A stretch of 62,036 bases of DNA, from positions 1 through 62,036 of the forward strand of contig CAKARD010000001.1 in NCBI GenBank assembly GCA_916720425.1, written 5' to 3'. The notes below the pieces were generated by a model. That model searched no databases. It saw only the letters and a program-made list of their open reading frames with translations, and was not told where the DNA came from. The stretch is from an uncultured Kingella sp. Its GTDB lineage: Bacteria > Pseudomonadota > Gammaproteobacteria > Burkholderiales > Neisseriaceae. Position 1 is the first letter of the stretch. Every line of letters starts with the position of its first letter. The translations under genes and the position numbers were made by a program. This document shows positions 1 through 7,350 of the stretch, one piece after another.

Positions 1-5
1 ATCTT

Positions 6-40
6 CCCCCTGAGTTTTATCCCTCAGGGGGATACTTTTT
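6..40 (+). terminator. Intrinsic terminator of a gene upstream of the window
   Basis: Perfect 9-bp stem CCCCCTGAG/CTCAGGGGG (6-14, 23-31) followed by T-rich ATACTTTTTAT. Confidence 0.5.
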
Positions 41-295
41 ATCATTATATAAATTTAAACGATTGCTACCCGATCTCCCGCCACCACAAGCACTGAATAA
101 TGTTATCAGAACCATTGCGCTATTGGCTTATTTTTTCTCTACTTTTTTACCTAAAAATGACATAATTTATATTTTAGTTTACTTGTCAAGAAAAAAACAA
201 TTTTTTATCCTAAACTCTTTGCACTCAAATCTTTTCGTGAGTGATTTGTTTTTAACCATAATTTTGATCACAACAAAAAATAAAATGGTTTTGTT

Positions 296-1261
296 TCAAT
301 TTTCGCATCCAGCTTGTTTGGTTTTGCGCAATGCTTTGGGTAAAACAAAAACAATGTTCTCTTCTATACCGATACCTTGTTCTATGTTGTCTATACCCCA
401 TGTTTGAAGTTGCGCAATGACTTCTTGTACCAAAATTTCTGGGGCAGAAGCACCTGCAGTAATGCCTACTTTGTGTTTATTCGTAAACCACTGTTGTTGT
501 AAATGTGTGGCGTTGTCTACCATATATGCATCTATGCCACGCATTATGGCTACTTCACGTAAGCGATTACTATTAGACGAATTAGGTGAACCAACTACAA
601 TAACGATATCACAATTATTTGCTAGATCTTTTACTGCTTTTTGACGATTGGTTGTAGCATAACAAATATCTTCTTTGTGTGGATTTTTAATATGAGGGAA
701 GCGTGTGTTTAGGGCTGTGATAATATCGCGAGTTTCATCTACAGATAGCGTTGTTTGGCTGACATAAGCAATTTTTTCGGGATGCTCAATATTTAGTTTT
801 GCTACATCTTCAGGGGTTTCTACTAGTAACATTTTGCCATTGGGTAGTTGTCCCATTGTGCCTTCTACTTCTACATGTCCTGCATGCCCGATCATAATAA
901 TTTGATAGCCTTGTTTGTCTAATTGTGCAACTTCTTTATGCACTTTGGTTACCAATGGACAAGTAGCATCAAACACACGAAAACCTCGCGCTATTGCTTC
1001 TGCTTGTATTGCTTTGGATACGCCATGTGCTGAATATATCAGTATTGCACCTTGTGGTACTTCCGAGAGTTCTTCAATAAAAACTGCACCTTTATTGCGT
1101 AAGTTTTCCACGACAAATTTATTATGTACTACCTCGTGACGCACATAAATGGGCGCACCAAATTCTTCTAATGCTCGCTCTACAATATTGATGGCTCTAT
1201 CCACACCTGCGCAAAAACCACGAGGATTAGCTAAAGTAATGGTTTTATTACGTATTACCAT
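296..1261 (-). CDS. ispH: 4-hydroxy-3-methylbut-2-enyl diphosphate reductase
   Basis: 321 aa. N-terminus [13 protein letters not shown] plus SAHGVS and HNKFVV blocks typical of IspH/LytB. Confidence 0.95.
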   Translation of the reverse strand: MVIRNKTITLANPRGFCAGVDRAINIVERALEEFGAPIYVRHEVVHNKFVVENLRNKGAVFIEELSEVPQGAILIYSAHGVSKAIQAEAIARGFRVFDATCPLVTKVHKEVAQLDKQGYQIIMIGHAGHVEVEGTMGQLPNGKMLLVETPEDVAKLNIEHPEKIAYVSQTTLSVDETRDIITALNTRFPHIKNPHKEDICYATTNRQKAVKDLANNCDIVIVVGSPNSSNSNRLREVAIMRGIDAYMVDNATHLQQQWFTNKHKVGITAGASAPEILVQEVIAQLQTWGIDNIEQGIGIEENIVFVLPKALRKTKQAGCEN

Positions 1262-1278
1262 ATTGATTCTCTATTTTG

Positions 1279-1659
1279 TTAATCGTTTATTTTGGGTTTT
1301 TTTGTTAAAACATATTGATATACTGCGTCTACAGTTTCTTTATCGTAACTTTGTCCATAACGTTTTTTGTAACCTAATTCATATAGTTTAATGTGATGCA
1401 CTTCAGGAATATTGACACCTACATTTTCTAAGCAAGATTTAGCACAATGTAACTGACAACCATCAATCACTAGCATAGGACGGCCAGATTGTGCCTTGCG
1501 TACCAGAGGTGCTACTTTGCCACCTACTCCAGAAATACATGACATTTCGAATTCTTCTGCATGATCTAATGCTACAGCGGTATCATTGGCTAGTTGCGCT
1601 ACATCAGAGCAACCTGAACAAGAATAAATAAGAGGACGCTGACTGCGTTCATTTGGCAT
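1279..1659 (-). CDS. DGC-domain putative metal-binding protein
   Basis: 126 aa. Cys-rich motifs SCSGCSD and VIDGCQLHCAKSC resemble the DGC domain. Lies 17 bp upstream of ispH on the same strand. Confidence 0.6.
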   Translation of the reverse strand: MPNERSQRPLIYSCSGCSDVAQLANDTAVALDHAEEFEMSCISGVGGKVAPLVRKAQSGRPMLVIDGCQLHCAKSCLENVGVNIPEVHHIKLYELGYKKRYGQSYDKETVDAVYQYVLTKKPKIND

Positions 1660-1694
1660 GATGTATTCCTTATTATTTTATTCGTTATGCCATG

Positions 1695-1724
1695 ATTATA
1701 GTGGATTGAAATAAAATGAGACAA
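1695..1724 (-). promoter_or_regulatory. Candidate sigma-70 promoter formed at the end of a Correia-like repeat
   Basis: On the minus strand TTGTCT (1719-1724), an 18-bp spacer, then TATAAT (1695-1700). The -10 is made of repeat terminus TATA plus flanking AT. The DGC gene start is at 1659. Confidence 0.4.
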
Positions 1725-1811
1725 GGCATGAAAAATGCAACATTTATTTCAATAATAATGAAACTAAAACTAAAATGGCCTTATCTAAATTCGTATTAAT
1801 TTATTGAACCA
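1697..1811. mobile_element. Correia-like MITE relic with one good end and one degraded end
   Basis: TATAGTGGATTGAAATAAAATGAGACAAGG (1697-1726) matches the recalled CREE repeat TATAGTGGATTAACAAAAATCAGGACAAGG at 22/30 positions, including the first 11. The far arm at 1779-1811 keeps only GAYAAGGC and TGGTT-CAATAAA similarity. Confidence 0.5.
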
Positions 1812-1821
1812 TTTTTTTAGA

Positions 1822-2469
1822 CTATTTGCGTATTTTTTGCCAAGTAATATTGGGTAAGTTCCAGTCACGATATACGGCTAACATACGTATTGCAAAAATA
1901 AGCAATAAAGTAGAAATACTACGCAACCAACCATTAATAGGGGTATGTAACAAACATAAATAATACATACTGCCTATTACTGAAGCAGTAATATAAATTT
2001 CTCTACGTAATACTAAAGGAATTTGACGACAGATTATATCGCGAAATACACCACCCATAATCGCTGTTAATGCGCCCATTAAAATTGCAATAGGTGGATT
2101 CATTCCTTTATTCAATGCCGCTTCCACGCCAATAACAGTAAATGCTGCCAAGCCTATTGCATCAAACCAGCGTATTACTTTATCTAAACGATCAAATACA
2201 TAATAAAAGATTTGTACTATTAGACTGGTTATTCCAATTGTGATTAAATAGTTTAAGTCATGCAACCAAAAAATAGGATGTCGATTAATTAATAAATCTC
2301 GTAAGGTTCCACCTCCTATACTGCCAATGACTGCTACAAATAGAGCACCTAATAAATCAAAGTCTAGTTGCTTTGCCAACATGGTTGCGGCTACTGCGCA
2401 TGCTGATGTGCCAATGATATCTAAGATATAAATAATTACATGAATATCTGGAAGAGAAGGCGTACTCAT
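1822..2469 (-). CDS. Trimeric intracellular cation channel / UPF0126 (YadS-YicG type) membrane protein
   Basis: 215 aa, multi-TM, with duplicated GGGTLRDLL and GGVFRDI motifs. Confidence 0.75.
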   Translation of the reverse strand: MSTPSLPDIHVIIYILDIIGTSACAVAATMLAKQLDFDLLGALFVAVIGSIGGGTLRDLLINRHPIFWLHDLNYLITIGITSLIVQIFYYVFDRLDKVIRWFDAIGLAAFTVIGVEAALNKGMNPPIAILMGALTAIMGGVFRDIICRQIPLVLRREIYITASVIGSMYYLCLLHTPINGWLRSISTLLLIFAIRMLAVYRDWNLPNITWQKIRK

Positions 2470-2514
2470 TTATTTTACCAAATCGCTAGAAAATATTATT
2501 TTATCGTAAAAGAA

Positions 2515-2546
2515 TAAAAAACTGCCCAAAACGATGTTTTGAGCAG
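2515..2546 (-). terminator. Intrinsic terminator of rpmE
   Basis: Stem CTGCCCAAAAC/GTTTTGAGCAG (10 of 11 pairs), followed on the minus strand by T6. Confidence 0.7.
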
Positions 2547-2565
2547 CGATAAAACATGCAAATAT

Positions 2566-2787
2566 TTAAATAGAACGTTTAAACATATTGCCATATTTTT
2601 GATTAAATTTATCAACGCGACCTGCCGTATCAACAATTTTTTGTTTACCTGTATAGAAAGGGTGGCATTCAGAGCAAACTTCAATATTAAAATTTTCTTT
2701 TGCCATAGCAGAGCGAGTAATAAATTTGTTACCACAAGAGCAAGTTACGTTAACTTCATGGTAATCTGGATGAACATCAGTTTTCAT
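2566..2787 (-). CDS. rpmE: 50S ribosomal protein L31
   Basis: 73 aa. MKTDVHPDY start, and CxC...CxxC zinc ribbon (CSCG, CSEC). Confidence 0.95.
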   Translation of the reverse strand: MKTDVHPDYHEVNVTCSCGNKFITRSAMAKENFNIEVCSECHPFYTGKQKIVDTAGRVDKFNQKYGNMFKRSI

Positions 2788-2918
2788 ATTTTTTCCTTAA
2801 AAAGCGAGCGCAGGGATTGTGCCTACGCTTCATTGAATGAATTTCGCATTATGCCAATTTTTTTGGGTTTTGACAAGTTAGCGGGTACAATAACGTTTTT
2901 ATTTTAATTCACTGTATT

Positions 2919-3395
2919 ATGCAAAAATATCTTATCTATAGTTTGTTTGCTTTTTTTATTATTGCATTAGATCAATGGAGCAAATGGGCTATTTTGACGC
3001 ATTTTGAATATGCTGAGCGTTTAAACATTATCACCAACTTTTTTGATTTAACGCTGGTGTACAATCCTGGAGCAGCATTTAGCTTTTTGGCAAATATGGG
3101 CGGTATTCAAAAATATATTTTTACCATACTGGCTTTTGTTATTAGCTTATGGTTGGGGCGACTGATTCAAAAAGGAGAATTGACTAAATGGGGAAATTGG
3201 GGCGCAGTTATGATTATTGGTGGCGCGATGGGCAACGTTATTGATCGTTTTGTTCATGGCCATGTCATTGATTTCTTATTATTTTATTGGAAAACCTACT
3301 ATTATCCTGCTTTTAATGTTGCAGATAGCTTTATTTGTGTGGGTGCAATTTTGTTGGTAGTGAGTGATTGGTATCATAAAAGAAATCATCTATAG
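2919..3395 (+). CDS. lspA: Lipoprotein signal peptidase II
   Basis: 158 aa, 4 TM. NPGAAFSFL, GGAMGNVIDR and FNVADSFI motifs. Confidence 0.9.
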   Translation: MQKYLIYSLFAFFIIALDQWSKWAILTHFEYAERLNIITNFFDLTLVYNPGAAFSFLANMGGIQKYIFTILAFVISLWLGRLIQKGELTKWGNWGAVMIIGGAMGNVIDRFVHGHVIDFLLFYWKTYYYPAFNVADSFICVGAILLVVSDWYHKRNHL

Positions 3396-3397
3396 AG

Positions 3398-3530
3398 TAT
3401 GCAGTGGATTAATAAAAATCTAGACAAAGAAATGGTATTAAAAATCATACAAATCATTAGTAAATGAATACTATGTAATTATCAATTTAGCCATACTTAT
3501 CTTGTTTTGATTTTTGTTAATCCACGATTT
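3398..3530. mobile_element. Correia-like MITE, the best-preserved copy
   Basis: Inverted ends AGTGGATTAATAAAAATCTAGACAAAG (3403-3429) and CTTGTTTTGATTTTTGTTAATCCACG (3501-3526). The reverse complement of the right end contains GTGGATTAACAAAAATCA, identical to the recalled CREE TIR core. Confidence 0.6.
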
Positions 3531-3535
3531 ATTAA

Positions 3536-4639
3536 TTAAATACGCATAGGCATGACGATATATTTGAAATTTGAGTCATGGGGTAGTGTAAATAAGGCAG
3601 AATGTGTGGCATCACCAAAGGCAATCTGAATATCATCACTATTTATATTACGTAACATATCCATTAGAAAAGCAATATTAAAACTGATCTCTAAAGTTTC
3701 ACCAGTATAAGCAATTTCCAGTTCTTCTTGTGCTTCTTCTTGCTCATTATTGCTACAGGAGATTTTTAGACTACCTGCAGACAAGGTCATGCGTACCCCA
3801 CGATATTTTTCGTTTGCTAAAATTGCAGAACGTTCTAATGCGCCTAATAAAGCCATGCGCTCAACCAAGAAAATTTTATTATTATTCATGGGAATCACAC
3901 GATTATAATCAGGAAACTTGCCGTCTATAACCTTGCTGATAATGACAACGTCGTTACAGATAAAGCGCACTTGATTGTCTAGCCATTCTATACTAACTAT
4001 TTCTTTGCTTTGGTTTAGTATTTTACGTAATTCAACAACTGTTTTGCTGGGTAAAATAACATCAGAGCGTGGTAAATTGGCGTTAATAGTCATGGCTGCA
4101 TAGGATAAACGATTGCCATCTGTGGCAACCAATCTTAATTGATCTGCCTCTACTTGCATTAATATCCCATTAAGATAATAACGTGCATCTTTAAATGCCA
4201 TACTATATTGGACTTGGCTAATTAAATTTTTGAAGGACTCTGCATCAATATCAAATGCGGTTTGTGTATTCGTTTCAACTTTTATTGTGGGAAAGTCTTC
4301 AGCGGGTAAGGTTTGTAAATTAAAACGTGATTTTCCTGCTTTTAGAACCAGGCGATTATTATCTAGCCATTCTAGTTGAACCATTGCGCCTTCAGGTAAA
4401 GCATTCAAGATGTCTTGTAGTTTTTTGGCGTTGGTTGTTAAACGAAAATCACTTTCGCTTTGTGGCCCTTGTGTATGAATTTGTATTTCTAAATCGGTGG
4501 CTAAAATCTTTGTATTGCCTGCTATACTTTCTATTAAAACATTGGCTAAAATGGGGAGCGTGTGTTTTCGTTCTACAATACCTGTTACTGTTTGTAACGG
4601 TTTGAGCAAACTATCACGGTCAGTATGCAAAATCAACAT
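3536..4639 (-). CDS. dnaN: DNA polymerase III beta sliding clamp
   Basis: 367 aa, full-length DnaN-like sequence (LKPLQTVTGIVERKHTLPILANVL..., C-terminal MPMRI). Confidence 0.95.
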   Translation of the reverse strand: MLILHTDRDSLLKPLQTVTGIVERKHTLPILANVLIESIAGNTKILATDLEIQIHTQGPQSESDFRLTTNAKKLQDILNALPEGAMVQLEWLDNNRLVLKAGKSRFNLQTLPAEDFPTIKVETNTQTAFDIDAESFKNLISQVQYSMAFKDARYYLNGILMQVEADQLRLVATDGNRLSYAAMTINANLPRSDVILPSKTVVELRKILNQSKEIVSIEWLDNQVRFICNDVVIISKVIDGKFPDYNRVIPMNNNKIFLVERMALLGALERSAILANEKYRGVRMTLSAGSLKISCSNNEQEEAQEELEIAYTGETLEISFNIAFLMDMLRNINSDDIQIAFGDATHSALFTLPHDSNFKYIVMPMRI

Positions 4640-4799
4640 AAAACCTATCCTGTTATTTTAAAATTTTATTTTAACTCAAATTTTATTATTATGTGCCAAT
4701 AGACTTATTATCACTATATTAAATAATTAATGAGTCTTTTATTTTGGTTAAAATTCATGTAAAGTTTTGCTAATTATTATGTTTTAAGGGTATTTTGAC

Positions 4800-5657
4800 A
4801 TGAATAAAACACTTTCTTTGTTATCTGCCGTTGTTTTGAGTCTTGGATTGGCTGCTTGCAACAATAGTGCCAATCATGATGTGACAAGCAATAGTGCTAG
4901 TCATGCTAACAGCGAAGACAGTATTGCTAAAATTAAAGCTGCCGACAAAATACGTATTGGGGTGTTTGGTGATAAACCTCCTTTTGGTTATTTAGATGCT
5001 GATGGTAAGAATCAAGGCTTTGACATAGAAATTGCTAAATATATGGCTCAAGATTTGTTGGGCAGTCCTGATAAGATAGAGTTTGTACTCACTGAGGCAG
5101 CCAATCGTGTGGAATATGTGAAATCGGGTAAGGTTGATATATTGTTGGCAAATTTCACTCAAACACCAGAGCGTGCTCAAGTAGTGGATTTTGCATCTCC
5201 TTATATGCAAGTTTCTTTGGGTATTGTTTCGCCTAAAAATGCACCCATTACTTCGGTGGAGCAACTGAAAGATAAAACATTATTGGTAAACAAAGGTACC
5301 ACTGCGGATGCTTATTTTAGTAAAAATTATCCAGATATCGCATTACAAAAATATGACCAAAATACCGAAACTTTTGATGCGCTTAAAGATGGTCGTGGTG
5401 CTGCATTGGCACATGATAATGCTTTATTGTGGGCATGGGCGAAAGAAAATCCCAATTTTGAAGTAAAAATAGGCAAATTGGGCGAGCCCGAAAATATTGC
5501 ACCTGCTGTAAAACAAGGTGATAAATCTTTGTTGGAATGGGTTAATCATGAAATTGCGACAATGAAACAAGATGGTCGTTTGGTTGCTGCTTATGAAAAA
5601 ACGTTAAAACCCGTTTATGGCGATAAAGTAAAACCTGAAGAATTATTGGTTCAATAG
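4800..5657 (+). CDS. Amino-acid ABC transporter substrate-binding lipoprotein (family 3 SBP), orphan
   Basis: 285 aa. Signal peptide with lipobox LAAC. IRIGVFGDKPPFGY...GFDIEIAK is typical of polar amino-acid binding proteins. No permease or ATPase nearby. Confidence 0.8.
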   Translation: MNKTLSLLSAVVLSLGLAACNNSANHDVTSNSASHANSEDSIAKIKAADKIRIGVFGDKPPFGYLDADGKNQGFDIEIAKYMAQDLLGSPDKIEFVLTEAANRVEYVKSGKVDILLANFTQTPERAQVVDFASPYMQVSLGIVSPKNAPITSVEQLKDKTLLVNKGTTADAYFSKNYPDIALQKYDQNTETFDALKDGRGAALAHDNALLWAWAKENPNFEVKIGKLGEPENIAPAVKQGDKSLLEWVNHEIATMKQDGRLVAAYEKTLKPVYGDKVKPEELLVQ

Positions 5658-5673
5658 GGTGGCTTAAACAAAT

Positions 5674-5713
5674 AAACCAGTACGGAAAGATAATTATTGT
5701 ACTGGTTTTATTT
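5674..5713 (+). terminator. Intrinsic terminator built from inverted AAACCAGTAC copies, part of the Correia-like relic at 5655-5724
   Basis: AAACCAGTAC (5674-5683) pairs with GTACTGGTTT (5699-5708), followed by a T-run. Confidence 0.7.
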
Positions 5714-5765
5714 ATTGTATTTGCAAAAATAGCCCGATCGACTTGCTCTAAAATGCAAGAATATA

Positions 5766-6782
5766 TCAGCCCGATAGCTTGGTTTCCAATGCTTTAATCC
5801 GCTTATTGATATCGCTTAAATGGCGAATATGTACAGCGTTGTGCGCCCATTCTTTATAGGTTTGCATGGGATAAATGCTGGCATAATGTTGGCCTGATTT
5901 TTTAATGCTATGGGTTACAGATGTGCCACCACCAATTTGAGTGTTATCCGCAATTTCAATATGTCCAACCGTGCCTACGCCTCCACCAATAATGCAAAAG
6001 TTACCTACTTTTGTACTACCCGAAATGCCTGTTTGTGCAGCAATCACGGTGTGTTCGCCAATTTGGCAGTTGTGCGCGATTTGCACTTGGTTGTCTATTT
6101 TACTGCCTTTACCCACTGTAGTTGGGCTTAATGCGCCTCTATCTACATTGCTATTTGAACCAATTTCTACATCATCACCTAAAATTACCCCTCCTACTTG
6201 GGGAATTTTAAACCAATCTTGGCCAGTAAACGCTAAACCAAAACCATCTGCACCAATGACGGTACCCGAGTGAATTTCTACACGATGCCCCAAAACACAG
6301 GCAGAATAAAGGGTAACATTGGGATGCAAAAATACACCTTCACCCAATATACAATCATGCTCAATCACACAGTTTGCTAAAATACGGCAATGCTCACCTA
6401 ATACGGTGTTAGCACCGATATATACATTAGCACCAATTTCACAACTAGGGGGAACAATAGCACTGGCTTCGATCACAGCTGTGGGGTGAATGCCTGCTTG
6501 CACAGGTGTAATAGGGTGAAATAATCGTGCAACTTGGGCAAAATATAAATAGGGATTATCTACTAAAATCAAGTTGCGCCCTGTGAATAAATCTGCAACT
6601 TGAGATGAAATAATCACGGCTGCAGCACGACTATCTAACACCTCTTGCTTATATTTGGCATTGGCTAAAAATGTAATGTCTTGTGCAGTGGCTTGTTTTG
6701 CCGAAGCCAGTGCTGACACAGTAACATCTTGTCCACGCCATTGCCCGCCTAATTGATGCGTGATTTCTGATAATGTGTACAT
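5766..6782 (-). CDS. lpxD: UDP-3-O-acylglucosamine N-acyltransferase
   Basis: 338 aa with extensive hexapeptide repeats. Positioned after skp. Confidence 0.95.
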   Translation of the reverse strand: MYTLSEITHQLGGQWRGQDVTVSALASAKQATAQDITFLANAKYKQEVLDSRAAAVIISSQVADLFTGRNLILVDNPYLYFAQVARLFHPITPVQAGIHPTAVIEASAIVPPSCEIGANVYIGANTVLGEHCRILANCVIEHDCILGEGVFLHPNVTLYSACVLGHRVEIHSGTVIGADGFGLAFTGQDWFKIPQVGGVILGDDVEIGSNSNVDRGALSPTTVGKGSKIDNQVQIAHNCQIGEHTVIAAQTGISGSTKVGNFCIIGGGVGTVGHIEIADNTQIGGGTSVTHSIKKSGQHYASIYPMQTYKEWAHNAVHIRHLSDINKRIKALETKLSG

Positions 6783-7297
6783 TATTGCATTTGATCCAAT
6801 AGTTTAATGACGCGATCGGTAATGTCGTATTTGCGTTCAACAAATACAGCTTCTTGTACAATCAAATCGTATTTTTCTTTTTCAGCAATATCTTTGATAA
6901 TTTCATTGGCGTTATTTTGCAAGGATGCAAATTCTTCGTTGCGACGTAAATTGTATTCTTCGGCTAAACGAGCAGCGGTTAAGCGATATTGTTGCCCTTT
7001 TTCTACGAGTTGAGTTTCTAATTTTTTGCGTTCGCTATTGCTTAACTGTTTGTTAGATAGTTGTTGTTGTAATGCCAAACCTTCTTGTTGTAAGCGTGCC
7101 AATACTTGTTGTTGGGTACTAAATTCTTGTTGTAAGCTTGCTTCAATACGTTGAGCTGTTTTGGTTTCGGTGTAAACGCGTTCGGGGTTAACATAACCAA
7201 ATTTTTGCAGTCTGTCGGCGTGTGCTAAGGACATGCTGCTTAATAAAATTATGCCTGATAATAAAATTGTCAGTTTGTTTCTCATTCTTTGCTCCAT
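6782..7297 (-). CDS. skp: Periplasmic chaperone Skp (OmpH)
   Basis: 171 aa. Signal peptide ...SLAHA and a Q/E-rich coiled coil. Lies between bamA and lpxD. The ATG at 7285 has the better GGAG RBS and may be the true start. Confidence 0.85.
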   Translation of the reverse strand: MEQRMRNKLTILLSGIILLSSMSLAHADRLQKFGYVNPERVYTETKTAQRIEASLQQEFSTQQQVLARLQQEGLALQQQLSNKQLSNSERKKLETQLVEKGQQYRLTAARLAEEYNLRRNEEFASLQNNANEIIKDIAEKEKYDLIVQEAVFVERKYDITDRVIKLLDQMQ

Positions 7298-7350
7298 CTA
7301 AATATTCCAGCGCAATTTGGTGTAACGCGCGACATAACGCGCGTTTGTGA

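Noticed and set aside
63-407. 114-aa ORF, and a tRNA-like CTCCCGCCACCA string near 84-95
   Set aside because: The ORF is AT-rich and overlaps the ispH 3' end in antisense. No cloverleaf or tmRNA-like structure can be drawn around the CCA string.
3403-3526. DnaA-box-like TTAATCCAC motifs flanking the dnaN 3' region
   Set aside because: They match TTATCCACA at only 7/9 positions. They are better explained as the inverted terminal repeats of the Correia-like element.
4640-4799. Possible oriC in the AT-rich region upstream of dnaN
   Set aside because: No convincing TTATNCACA boxes and no dnaA gene. It is just an AT-rich divergent promoter region.
5910-6273. Long antisense ORFs inside lpxD, with similar ones inside nosZ, nosR, edd, guaB and murA
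   Set aside because: These are frame-shadow ORFs opposite strongly supported genes, with no RBS and no recognisable family.
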